This document shows, piece by piece, positions 19,895 through 30,818 of a stretch of 64,000 nt of DNA. The notes beneath the pieces are model-generated. The model ran no database searches and had not been told where the DNA came from. It saw only the letters and a list, made by a program, of their open reading frames with translations. The position numbers and the translations under genes are program-made. The DNA lies in assembly GCA_029945945.1 (NCBI GenBank), contig JAQSDM010000001.1:25705-89704 (forward strand), given 5' to 3'. This stretch comes from Algoriphagus sp. Its GTDB lineage: Bacteria > Bacteroidota > Bacteroidia > Cytophagales > Cyclobacteriaceae. The stretch's first letter is position 1. Each line of letters begins with the position of its first letter.

Positions 19895-19930
19895 AAAAAA
19901 ATAAACCCGTATCCTGACAGGATACGGGTT
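19895..19930 (-). terminator. intrinsic terminator of the SDR gene
   Basis: A 12-bp stem acccgtatcctg / caggatacgggt is followed on the minus strand by a T run. Confidence 0.75.
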
Positions 19931-19937
19931 TCGGAAT

Positions 19938-20690
19938 TTACTGAGCCAAATATCCTCCGTCAACAGGATAGTAAGAACCTGTGACGAATGATGATTTTGG
20001 CGAAGCAAGCCAAAGGATCAATTCAGCAACCTCTTCCGATTCGCCCAATCTTCCGATGGGATGCAATCCGACCAAAAAACCTCTTGTAGCTTCATCGAGC
20101 GCATTCATCACCAAAGGGGTGTTGATATAACCCGGCCCAACCGAATTGACCCGGATATTCTTAGCTGCATATTCCAATGCGACGGCTTTGGTAACGCCCA
20201 CTACCCCATGCTTGGCTGCGACATATGCCGGAGAATTACGGGTGCCTGCCATTCCAAGAATTGAGGCAATATTGACAATGCTTCCTCCTCCGTTTTTTTC
20301 CATGGCCGGCAATTGGAAATGCATCCCGTAGAATACACCGGAAAGGTTGATGTCGATTACTTTTTTCCAGCCATCAAGAGGATATTCTCCTGTTGGTGCG
20401 ATCGGTCCGCCGATTCCGGCATTATTGACCGCAATATCCAGCTTCCCGTATTTCTCCAGAGTGCTTTTTACCAATGCCTCATTATCTTCTGGTATTGAGG
20501 TGTCGGCTTTGATGAAAAAGGCTTCTCCCCCATTTTTGATGATTTCAGCGACTACTTGTTTTCCATGCTCTTCCTGAATATCAGATATAACTACTTTCGC
20601 ACCTTCTTTTGCAAAAAGAAGCGCAGCCGCTTTTCCAATTCCTGAACCCGAACCCGTGATGATAGCGACTTTATTTTCAAGTGTTTTCAT
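19938..20690 (-). CDS. SDR family oxidoreductase (glucose 1-dehydrogenase/3-oxoacyl-ACP reductase-like)
   Basis: 250 aa with the cofactor motif TGSGSGIGKA, NNAG and the catalytic YVAAKHG. Confidence 0.9.
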   Translation of the reverse strand: MKTLENKVAIITGSGSGIGKAAALLFAKEGAKVVISDIQEEHGKQVVAEIIKNGGEAFFIKADTSIPEDNEALVKSTLEKYGKLDIAVNNAGIGGPIAPTGEYPLDGWKKVIDINLSGVFYGMHFQLPAMEKNGGGSIVNIASILGMAGTRNSPAYVAAKHGVVGVTKAVALEYAAKNIRVNSVGPGYINTPLVMNALDEATRGFLVGLHPIGRLGESEEVAELILWLASPKSSFVTGSYYPVDGGYLAQ

Positions 20691-21098
20691 ATGAAATAGT
20701 GATTAATTAAAAGATACAATTCGAAGTAAATTTTGACTGGGTAACTTTTATCCCAACGGAAAAAAAGGTTAAAAAGACACTAATTCAGGGCTTTTATTCC
20801 ATTGTCTGATTTAAATCATGTATTGGAAAATAATTTGAACGGAACCAATTAGTGCTTTTTCACTCCTCGAATTTCCTATAAAAAATTCTTATGCTGAAAA
20901 CGAATCCTGGAAATTTTTAGCTATTAACCTACCTCTCAGTCAAATATTTAAGTAAATTGATTTACAATATTTTACAGCAGTTCATCTGCAAATCAGGATG
21001 TCATCCAAAGGCATCGGAACGTTTTTAAATCGACTTAACAGTTTGTAAGTATCTCTCTTAAAAAATTAATTTTCTAAACCAATTTAACCCAAAAAGCT

Positions 21099-21305
21099 AT
21101 GGCAATTGTAAAAGTAATTGAAGTAATCGCCTCTTCAGAAAAAGGAATTGAAGATGCCATCCAACAATGTGTAACCGAGGTTTCAAAAACCATTCGAAAC
21201 ATTGATTCTGTTTATGTGAAAGACACCAAAGTTCACGTGAAGGATGGGAAAATAACTTCTTTCGGTGTGATTTGTAAAGTATCATTTCGCGTTTCTGAAA
21301 ACTAG
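21099..21305 (+). CDS. dodecin family flavin-binding protein
   Basis: 68 aa. MAIVKVIEVIASSEKGIEDAIQQCVTEVSKTIRNI...KVSFRV matches the dodecin pattern. Confidence 0.75.
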   Translation: MAIVKVIEVIASSEKGIEDAIQQCVTEVSKTIRNIDSVYVKDTKVHVKDGKITSFGVICKVSFRVSEN

Positions 21306-21334
21306 GCTGCAATTAGTTTCCGGTGTTTTCATCA

Positions 21335-21366
21335 GGGAGTAGAAAGAATCTACTCCCTTTTTTTAT
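21335..21366 (+). terminator. intrinsic terminator of the dodecin gene
   Basis: gggagtag-N7-ctactccc followed by tttttttt. Confidence 0.8.
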
Positions 21367-21543
21367 TTCTAAACTGTGTAATTTTTTTCTGTTCGTCGTA
21401 AAAAATTCGAATGCCTCAATTTTTGATGAATTATCGTAACAAGGCTATCAACCTATCGTCCATTCAGGACTTCTTAATTACTTCCGGACAAAAAAAAACG
21501 ACAGAGAAATCAATCCCTGCCGCTTCTGTTTTATCAGATTTTC

Positions 21544-22593
21544 TTACTTCTTCAGCGATGCCATATCAATCACAAATCGATAATGAACATCCCCGGAGAT
21601 CGTGCGCTCATAGGCTTCGTTGATTTGATCCATTTGGATCACTTCCACATCTGACACAATCCCATGCTCGGCACAGAAATCCAGCATCTCCTGAGTTTCC
21701 TTAATCCCTCCGACTAAAGAGCCCACCAGACTTTTTCTTCCTCTGATCAGTGATCCTGCAGATACTTTTTCCATTTCAGGAGGCGCACCTAAAAGGACCA
21801 TTACTCCATCTGTCTTCAATAGTGCCAGGTAAGCGTTGTAATCGTTTTGACCAGATACTGTATTGATAATGAGATGAAATGACCCGGCCATTTTCTTCAT
21901 GTTCTCCGGATTCGTTGTGAGTTCAAAATGATGGGCTCCCAGTCTCCCGGCATCCTTTGCTTTTTCCGGTGATCGGCTGAGCATGGTGACTTCTGCTCCC
22001 ATTGCGGAAGCTAATTTCACCGCCATATGTCCTAAACCTCCCAATCCAACTACGGCGACTTTATCTCCTTTTTTTACTTTCCAATGGCGCAAAGGGGAAT
22101 AAGTAGTGATTCCGGCACATAAAAGCGGAGCAACTCCCTCCAGAGGTAAGTTTTTGGGAACCTTCAAAACAAACTTTTCAGTGACTACAATATGGGTAGA
22201 GTAACCTCCATAAGTAATGGTCTTCTTGTCCTGAAGAAAGGAATTGTAAGTTTGGGAATGGCCATTTTCGCAGTATTGCTCCAAATCTTCGGAGCAGTTC
22301 GTACAGTGTCCGCAAGAATCTACAAAGACCCCAACTCCTACTATATCCCCAATCTGGTGTTTGGTGACTTCAGGTCCTACTGCAGATACTTTTCCTACGA
22401 TTTCATGTCCGGGCACAACCGGATACTTGGTTCCTCCCCATTCGTTTCTGGCCGTATGGATGTCAGAATGACAAACGCCGGAATACAAAATTTCAATTTC
22501 TACATCTTTGGGTCCGGGAGTTCTTCTTTCCAAGTCAAAGGGTCCAAGGGGCAGGTCAGCTTGCTGCGCTGCATATGCTTTTACAAGTGTCAT
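21544..22593 (-). CDS. zinc-dependent NAD(P) alcohol dehydrogenase (YahK/cinnamyl-ADH-like)
   Basis: 349 aa with GVCHSDIHTARNEWG, the structural-zinc Cys cluster CGHCTNC and the Rossmann motif VVGLGGLGH. Confidence 0.9.
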   Translation of the reverse strand: MTLVKAYAAQQADLPLGPFDLERRTPGPKDVEIEILYSGVCHSDIHTARNEWGGTKYPVVPGHEIVGKVSAVGPEVTKHQIGDIVGVGVFVDSCGHCTNCSEDLEQYCENGHSQTYNSFLQDKKTITYGGYSTHIVVTEKFVLKVPKNLPLEGVAPLLCAGITTYSPLRHWKVKKGDKVAVVGLGGLGHMAVKLASAMGAEVTMLSRSPEKAKDAGRLGAHHFELTTNPENMKKMAGSFHLIINTVSGQNDYNAYLALLKTDGVMVLLGAPPEMEKVSAGSLIRGRKSLVGSLVGGIKETQEMLDFCAEHGIVSDVEVIQMDQINEAYERTISGDVHYRFVIDMASLKK

Positions 22594-22834
22594 GAAGATT
22601 TGGTTTTTTTAATTAATAATGGGTCTTTATGTGAGTCAGTTTTGAAATTTCGAAATAAGATAAGCTATTCAGAAAACATATTTAACAAACTTTCCATGAA
22701 GTCAGATGTCAGCCTTTTTGAAAATTATAATCTTCAAAAGGTCGTGATTTTAAGCAGAAGAAACTGATTTCAGGTTTAGGGAAATCGCACTCATTCCTTT
22801 ATATTTTGCCAAAAACAAGGCCCAAAAAACCAGT

Positions 22835-23410
22835 ATGTCTCCTTCCGATATTTTATTCCGGTATGTGAATTCCAAAGCACCAATTACGGAACAAGAATTC
22901 TCCCGATTTAAAGACCTGTTTCACTACCAAAAAGTAAAGACAAATGAGTTTATTCTTCGGGAAGGGGAAGTCTGCATATTTAACCATTTTGTTCTCAAGG
23001 GTTCATTTCGCTTCTTTCATGTAAATCCAGAAGGTCAGGAACTTACCCGCTATTTTGCTTTTGAAAATAAGTTTGGCACCAACCTCACAAGCTTGATCGA
23101 AGGAACTCCTTCTCATGAATACATCCAAGCAGTGGAACCTTCGGAAGTATTAAAAATCCGCTCCAGTGACTTTTTTCGGTTGGTGGAGACGGTTCCTCAA
23201 ATCAACCTTGTTTATCGCAATATCCTGCAAAATGCCTACATCACCTCCCAAAAAAGAATCTACGATCTTCAGGGAATGTCCGCACTGGATCGGCTTAAAT
23301 GGCTTCTGAACCACCAACCTGGGATACTTTCAAGAATTCCAAGCCGAATGGTTGCATCCTATCTGGGGATCACTCCCTATACTCTGAGCCGACTCAAATC
23401 TGAGCTTTAG
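22835..23410 (+). CDS. Crp/Fnr family transcriptional regulator
   Basis: 191 aa with an N-terminal cNMP-binding-like barrel and a C-terminal HTH (MVASYLGITPYTLSRLK). It lies divergent from the ADH gene. Confidence 0.8.
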   Translation: MSPSDILFRYVNSKAPITEQEFSRFKDLFHYQKVKTNEFILREGEVCIFNHFVLKGSFRFFHVNPEGQELTRYFAFENKFGTNLTSLIEGTPSHEYIQAVEPSEVLKIRSSDFFRLVETVPQINLVYRNILQNAYITSQKRIYDLQGMSALDRLKWLLNHQPGILSRIPSRMVASYLGITPYTLSRLKSEL

Positions 23411-23493
23411 TCAAATGGAAAAAGTCTTGCTCTGGAGCAATTAACAGGAAATTCCTCCGGGGTAATTTTGGATCTGACTAACAACCGATTCAA

Positions 23494-24204
23494 ATGCAAC
23501 CTAATTCCGGAATATTCAGGTACTGTTTCCTGCTTTTCTCCATACTCTTTGCCATGGTTATTTCCCAATCGGGAAATGCCCAGGAACCACACCAGAGCAC
23601 TTCGCTCAAAACAACCAGTTCAAGTCCACCCATTCCTTTTGAGATTTTTTTGGGGCACGAGCAGCTCAATTTCCAGTTGATCGTCAAAAAAAAATTCTCC
23701 CCAACCAGTAAGTTTGACCTGCTGGCTATTTCTATTTTTTCAGAAAATTGGGATAAGGAGAATAAAATGGGGAACTCTGTGGTGATCCCTTTTCAGGTTA
23801 ACTACAACATCGGAAAAAAAGGGTTTGCTGTGGCAGCCGGTGGTGAAGGAAATTCTATCACTGGATTTAGTCCATTAATCGGGGTGGGGCACAGCTTCGC
23901 CAACAGGAAGATTTTGGCTATCTCGGTTCTCAATTACCTGATTAATGAAGGCCAGGATTTGAAGCTGTTTGGTTTGTATGAGTTTAAGCCACCAATCAAT
24001 GAAACATGGTCCTTGTACAGCCGCTTGCAGGTTGTCTATAACCACAGCCTGGCGGAAAATCACCACAACCGAAGCTTTCTATACCTCAGGGCAGGTTTAA
24101 AAAAAGGGCCCTTGGGTTTTGGTCTTGGCGCCAACTGGGACAAATATGGTCCTGATAAAATCCCCAAGGATAATTACGGGGTTTTCACGAGATGGGAATT
24201 TTAG
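23494..24204 (+). CDS. hypothetical secreted protein, probable outer-membrane beta-barrel
   Basis: 236 aa with a signal peptide (..SQSGNAQE), alternating hydrophobic beta-strand pattern and an aromatic C-terminus (TRWEF). Confidence 0.5.
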   Translation: MQPNSGIFRYCFLLFSILFAMVISQSGNAQEPHQSTSLKTTSSSPPIPFEIFLGHEQLNFQLIVKKKFSPTSKFDLLAISIFSENWDKENKMGNSVVIPFQVNYNIGKKGFAVAAGGEGNSITGFSPLIGVGHSFANRKILAISVLNYLINEGQDLKLFGLYEFKPPINETWSLYSRLQVVYNHSLAENHHNRSFLYLRAGLKKGPLGFGLGANWDKYGPDKIPKDNYGVFTRWEF

Positions 24205-24425
24205 GATTTAGGGAGAGTGAAAAAAGTGATTGTTTCTCCAGAAGCCTGATCGAGGAAGGTTGCTTAATTTCGGTGACGGTCTAGGGACTTTCCTTTTATT
24301 TTCTAAATGTTACAGGAAAAATATTCAGGTTCTTCAAACCAGAAGCCCTGGTTTTAACTACCATTTTACTGTCCTTATCATAGATATTTTGAAATTTCCT
24401 CATTTTCGGTGATCTTTTCTCAAGA

Positions 24426-25340
24426 ATGCATCCAACCACCGATCTCGATTCCATCAGCCTAAACTTCTCTACCGAAGACTTACTAGTACTAAATCTTGCA
24501 TTGGCGCTAATCATGTATGGGGTAGCCCTCGATTTGAGATTTGCAGACTTCATGTATCTGGTCAAGAATCCCAAAGGTTTTTTCCTTGGGATATTTTCTC
24601 AGTTCATCCTCCTTCCTTTTTTTACCTGGTGCCTGATCCTGATTATTCAGCCACCCCCTAGCGTGGCCTTGGGAATGTTTTTGGTTGCAGCTTGTCCCGG
24701 AGGGAATGTTTCCAATTTCCTTACCAATTATGCCAAAGGAAATACTGCCCTTTCAGTAAGTCTTACCGGGTTTTCAACAATTCTGGCGATCGTAACCACT
24801 CCGTTAAATTTTGCGATTTATGCAGGAATGTATGGTCCGACTGCCTCCCTCCTTCGGGAAATAAGCCTTGATTACCAGGATGTTTTTTTTACTGTATCGC
24901 TTATTCTCGGCATCCCTTTGATCCTTGGTATCCTCACGCATCAATACGCCACAAAATTTGCAGAAAAGGCGTCTAAAGTTCTTAAACCGGTCAGTTTGGT
25001 CATTTTTGCCGTTATAGTAATTGTCGCATTTCTGGGAAACCTTGATCTTTTCCTGAAATATATTTCACTGATTTTCCTTTGGGTTTTTGCACATAATCTG
25101 ATCGGATTAGGTGCCGGTTTTTTGACCGGAAAAGTTTTCAGATTGCCACTTGCGGACGTCAAAACAATAACAATTGAAACAGGAATTCAGAATAGCGGCT
25201 TGGGGCTCGTGCTTATTTTCACTTATTTTGACGGACTGGGAGGCATGGCCATCATCACAGCCTGGTGGGGCATCTGGCATCTGATCTCAGGGATTACCAT
25301 TGCCTCTATTTGGAAAAAAACGAATGAAAGACCTGATTAA
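24426..25340 (+). CDS. bile acid:sodium symporter (BASS) family transporter
   Basis: 304 aa, polytopic, with the BASS signature ACPGGNVSNF. Confidence 0.85.
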   Translation: MHPTTDLDSISLNFSTEDLLVLNLALALIMYGVALDLRFADFMYLVKNPKGFFLGIFSQFILLPFFTWCLILIIQPPPSVALGMFLVAACPGGNVSNFLTNYAKGNTALSVSLTGFSTILAIVTTPLNFAIYAGMYGPTASLLREISLDYQDVFFTVSLILGIPLILGILTHQYATKFAEKASKVLKPVSLVIFAVIVIVAFLGNLDLFLKYISLIFLWVFAHNLIGLGAGFLTGKVFRLPLADVKTITIETGIQNSGLGLVLIFTYFDGLGGMAIITAWWGIWHLISGITIASIWKKTNERPD

Positions 25341-26325
25341 TTTTATCCTTCGATTTCTGGTTAAAGTCGCACTTCACGGTTATTTCCACAAAATCAAAGT
25401 TATTGGCAAAGAAAATATCCCAACAGACAAACCAATCATTTTGGTTTGCAACCATCAAAATGCGCTGATTGACCCTCTTCTGCTTGCTACACATACGCGT
25501 CTGAATCCGTATTTTCTTACCAGGGCATCCGTTTTCCAAAATTCAATCGCGGCAAAATTTCTAAACTATATCAGAATGCTCCCTGTGTATCGGGTGAGAG
25601 ATGGATTATCGACTATACACCAAAATCAAAACACCTTTGATCAGACCTATGAAGTGCTTTGCAAAAATGGAACAGTGATCATTTTCGCAGAGGGAAGTCA
25701 TAGTCACGTCCGAAATGTAAGGCCCCTCATGAAAGGATTTACCCGGATGGCATTCGGGCTGAAAGAGAAATATCCGGATTGCGAACCGGTGATTTTACCT
25801 GTTGGGATTGATTACAGTGCTCATATGCGTTCCGGTAGCAGGGCACTAATTTCCTTTGGAAAGCCGATTCCGGTGGATATGCCCAACTCACAATCTGGAA
25901 AACTTAACAAATCTGTAGAAAAGGCTCTCAAAAATCTTACCGTCGATATCCCGGATGAAAACTATGAAGCTGTTCTTCAATCCCTGTTGGAAAATAACGT
26001 GAACCTGACTTCAAAATCCGATGTGGATGAGTTTTTGGCGACCGGAAAAGTAATAAATCCAGTTCCGGAGATAAACGGATTGGGGAACAAAATGATGAAA
26101 ATCTTTCATTTTCCGCTGTACTGGCTTTGGCTTTGGAAGGAGAAAAGTGTTAAAGACAAGGTTTTCAGTTCCACTTGGAAGTTCCTGATTGGCTTAACTT
26201 TAGCCGGAGCCTGGTATTTTATTTTGCTTTGGCTGGCGATGGATACCCCGGTTGGAAGCTGGGGGTTGACTTTTTTGATTTTGGCTTGGATTACGCTTTG
26301 GAATAATAAAAATCCACAAGAATAA
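25324..26325 (+). CDS. lysophospholipid/glycerol-3-phosphate acyltransferase family protein (PlsC-like) with C-terminal TM domain
   Basis: It has the acyltransferase blocks CNHQNALIDP, FAEGSHS and PVGIDY, plus a hydrophobic C-terminal tail. I prefer ATG 25324, which overlaps the BASS gene by 17 nt; the track start 25300 is a TTG. Confidence 0.75.
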   Translation: MKDLINFILRFLVKVALHGYFHKIKVIGKENIPTDKPIILVCNHQNALIDPLLLATHTRLNPYFLTRASVFQNSIAAKFLNYIRMLPVYRVRDGLSTIHQNQNTFDQTYEVLCKNGTVIIFAEGSHSHVRNVRPLMKGFTRMAFGLKEKYPDCEPVILPVGIDYSAHMRSGSRALISFGKPIPVDMPNSQSGKLNKSVEKALKNLTVDIPDENYEAVLQSLLENNVNLTSKSDVDEFLATGKVINPVPEINGLGNKMMKIFHFPLYWLWLWKEKSVKDKVFSSTWKFLIGLTLAGAWYFILLWLAMDTPVGSWGLTFLILAWITLWNNKNPQE

Positions 26326-26404
26326 GTTACGGTCAAACCAAATATTATTTGGGTAATTTTTCTAGCTTTGTTCAGAGAATTATAAACCCAAATTTGACTG
26401 AATT

Positions 26405-27499
26405 ATGACTGAAGACTTCCTTCCCATCAACGGGACTGACTATGTCGAACTTTACGTCGGCAATGCCAAGCAGGCCTCGCTTTTTTATCAATATGCCTTC
26501 GGATTTGAATTAATTGCTTACGCCGGACCGGAAACAGGCGTAAAGGACCGTGCATCCTATGTCCTCAAGCAGGATAAAATCCGATTGGTTTTGACATCCG
26601 CTTTGGATCCGTTTTCAGAAATCGCGGATCATGTAAACAGACATGGTGACGGAGTGAAAGTTCTGGCACTTTGGGTGGATGATGCAGAAAAATCCTGGTG
26701 GGAAACTACAACCCGGGGAGCCGAGTCAGAATTCAAACCAAAAGTTGTTTCTGATCAGTTTGGTGAGGTGAAAATGTCTTCCATCAAAACTTACGGAGAG
26801 ACTATTCACACATTTGTTGAGAGAAAAAATTACAAAGGTGTTTTCCTCCCTGGTTATGTTCCCCGAAAAAGTACTTATACAGCTGAATCAATTGGCCTGA
26901 AGTACGTAGACCATTGCGTTGGGAATGTTCAATTGGGCGAAATGGATCACTGGGTTGAATTCTACGAAAAAGTAATGGGGTTCAAACTCTTGCTCACTTT
27001 TGATGATAAAGACATTTCGACCGAGTATTCAGCTCTGATGAGCAAGGTTGTTTCCAACGGTAACGGCTACATCAAATTCCCAATCAACGAACCAGCAGAA
27101 GGCAAAAAGAAATCTCAGATCGAAGAATATCTCGATTTCTACGGCGGTCCGGGCGTGCAGCATATGGCCATTGCAACAGATAACATTGTTCACACGGTTT
27201 CTGAATTGAGACGACGAGGAGTTGAATTCCTCGAAGTTCCGTCATCTTACTACGATGACTTGCTTGACCGTGTCGGAAAAATTGATGAGGAGCTGGAGCC
27301 TTTGAAAAACATGAATATCCTCGTGGATCGGGATGAAGAAGGCTATCTTCTGCAGATTTTCACCAAACCGGTACAGGACCGCCCCACGCTTTTCTTCGAG
27401 ATCATCCAGAGAAAAGGCGCTAAGTCATTTGGAAAAGGGAACTTCAAAGCACTTTTCGAAGCAATCGAGCGAGAACAGGCACTTAGAGGGAATTTATAA
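26405..27499 (+). CDS. hppD: 4-hydroxyphenylpyruvate dioxygenase
   Basis: 364 aa with two VOC modules and typical blocks HVGNV-like (DHCVGNV), FYGGPGVQHMAIATDNI and LLQIFTKP...FFEIIQR. Confidence 0.9.
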   Translation: MTEDFLPINGTDYVELYVGNAKQASLFYQYAFGFELIAYAGPETGVKDRASYVLKQDKIRLVLTSALDPFSEIADHVNRHGDGVKVLALWVDDAEKSWWETTTRGAESEFKPKVVSDQFGEVKMSSIKTYGETIHTFVERKNYKGVFLPGYVPRKSTYTAESIGLKYVDHCVGNVQLGEMDHWVEFYEKVMGFKLLLTFDDKDISTEYSALMSKVVSNGNGYIKFPINEPAEGKKKSQIEEYLDFYGGPGVQHMAIATDNIVHTVSELRRRGVEFLEVPSSYYDDLLDRVGKIDEELEPLKNMNILVDRDEEGYLLQIFTKPVQDRPTLFFEIIQRKGAKSFGKGNFKALFEAIEREQALRGNL

Positions 27500-27504
27500 A
27501 AATG

Positions 27505-27532
27505 AAAGCCGGTGATGAGCCGGCTTTTTTTG
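27505..27532 (+). terminator. intrinsic terminator of hppD
   Basis: aagccgg-tgatga-gccggctt followed by tttttt. Confidence 0.75.
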
Positions 27533-28020
27533 TTCCTTATTTTGTCACGATTCGGGAAATAATTTAATCTATTTGGGAATCAGGATGTCTTATCAAACAA
27601 GATCGAAAAGCTACTTCATACCCGAATTCCAAATATTCGAAATAAACCTGGTTTGTCTATCAATCTGAAAAACTCAACTTGGATTTGAAACGAGAAACAC
27701 TTTTTATTTTTGCTTGAATTAAACCTCAATTCACTCCAAACGGGATATTTCTAAGCAAAGAAATAGATTTTGTCATACTCCCGTTTCCCTTTTTTGAAAC
27801 ATTAAAAGGGCTTTACTCCACGAAAAATGGACTGGTTTTTATCAGGAGGAGCACATTTCAACTAATAGAACCTTCCTATTCCAACCTTTCCTAAAACAAA
27901 AAGCTTTTTGAAGGAAGATTCTATCAGTGCGGTATCATTTTTTCATTCATATGGGTTGATAAAAAAATCAAAGGAACAACTTAAGGCTGTTCAAAATTTA
28001 CCCTTACTCACCAAGAAAAA

Positions 28021-28968
28021 ATGGAAATAGTCCCTTCCAGATTTAAAATCTCAGATCTGCCTGCATTACTTGTGGTCACATACAAAAGATGGAATTCAGA
28101 AGATCCGTTCCGCATGAGTGCCATTGTAGCCTATTACGCGGTCTTGTCCCTTCCTGCTTTGTTGATTATCCTGATCAATACTGTCGGGGCGATTTGGGGG
28201 GTGGATATCGTGACAGGGAAACTTACCGGTCAAATCTCTGCAGCGCTTGGTGCCGATACAGCCGAATACCTTAGACAAATCATTATCAATACTCAATACA
28301 GTGGGAAATCGACGATTTCTACCATCCTGGGAATCGCAACTTTACTTTTTGGAGCTACCGGAGTTTTCTACCATCTGAAAATTTCCATCAATACCATTTG
28401 GGAATTGAAGCTGACGGATGAATTGACCTGGCCCATGCTGATCCGAGATCGATTGATCAGTTTCAGTTTCGTTTTGGTTCTGGGATTTCTTTTGCTCATC
28501 AGTTTCGTAGTTACTACAGCATTGGCTCTTTTAAGCGATTTGATCTTGCGATCATTCCCCAATATCATACTTCTTGTAGCTTATTTGATCGATTTCACGA
28601 TTTCCTTTGGAGCTGTCACGGTCCTTTTCGCAGTGATTTTCAAATATTTACCGGATGCCAATATCAGATGGAAATCTGTTTGGTTAGGCGCCTTATTGAC
28701 TGCTCTGCTCTTCGTAATTGGGAAGTTTCTGATGGGAATTTATTTCGGGGCTACCGATCCAGGTTCCACTTACGGCGCTGCAGGTTCGATCGTCCTGGTC
28801 TTGATTTGGGTGTCCTATTCTTGCCTAATATTCTTCTTTGGTGCAGAATTCACCAAAGTAATCTCCATCAGATATGGGTATGGAATCAGCCCAAAATCAA
28901 ATTATTCCAGGGTAAAACAAAAAGAAGTGATAGTCGATGAGGCTACCACTTCTTCAAATATTAAATAA
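28021..28968 (+). CDS. YihY/BrkB family membrane protein
   Basis: 315 aa, about six TM segments, with the family pattern (AAIVAYYAVLSLPALL, YGAAGSIVLVLIWVSYSCLIFFFGAEFT). Confidence 0.8.
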   Translation: MEIVPSRFKISDLPALLVVTYKRWNSEDPFRMSAIVAYYAVLSLPALLIILINTVGAIWGVDIVTGKLTGQISAALGADTAEYLRQIIINTQYSGKSTISTILGIATLLFGATGVFYHLKISINTIWELKLTDELTWPMLIRDRLISFSFVLVLGFLLLISFVVTTALALLSDLILRSFPNIILLVAYLIDFTISFGAVTVLFAVIFKYLPDANIRWKSVWLGALLTALLFVIGKFLMGIYFGATDPGSTYGAAGSIVLVLIWVSYSCLIFFFGAEFTKVISIRYGYGISPKSNYSRVKQKEVIVDEATTSSNIK

Positions 28969-28974
28969 GCTTTA

Positions 28975-30792
<1,818 letters not shown>

Positions 30793-30818
30793 GGTGAAAG
30801 AAATTTGGGTGATTATTA

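Noticed and set aside
20691-21098. Possible FMN riboswitch or other leader in the 400-nt region upstream of the dodecin (flavin-binding) gene.
   Set aside because: The region is AT-rich, with none of the GC-rich conserved RFN helices. It is more simply a divergent promoter region shared with the SDR gene.
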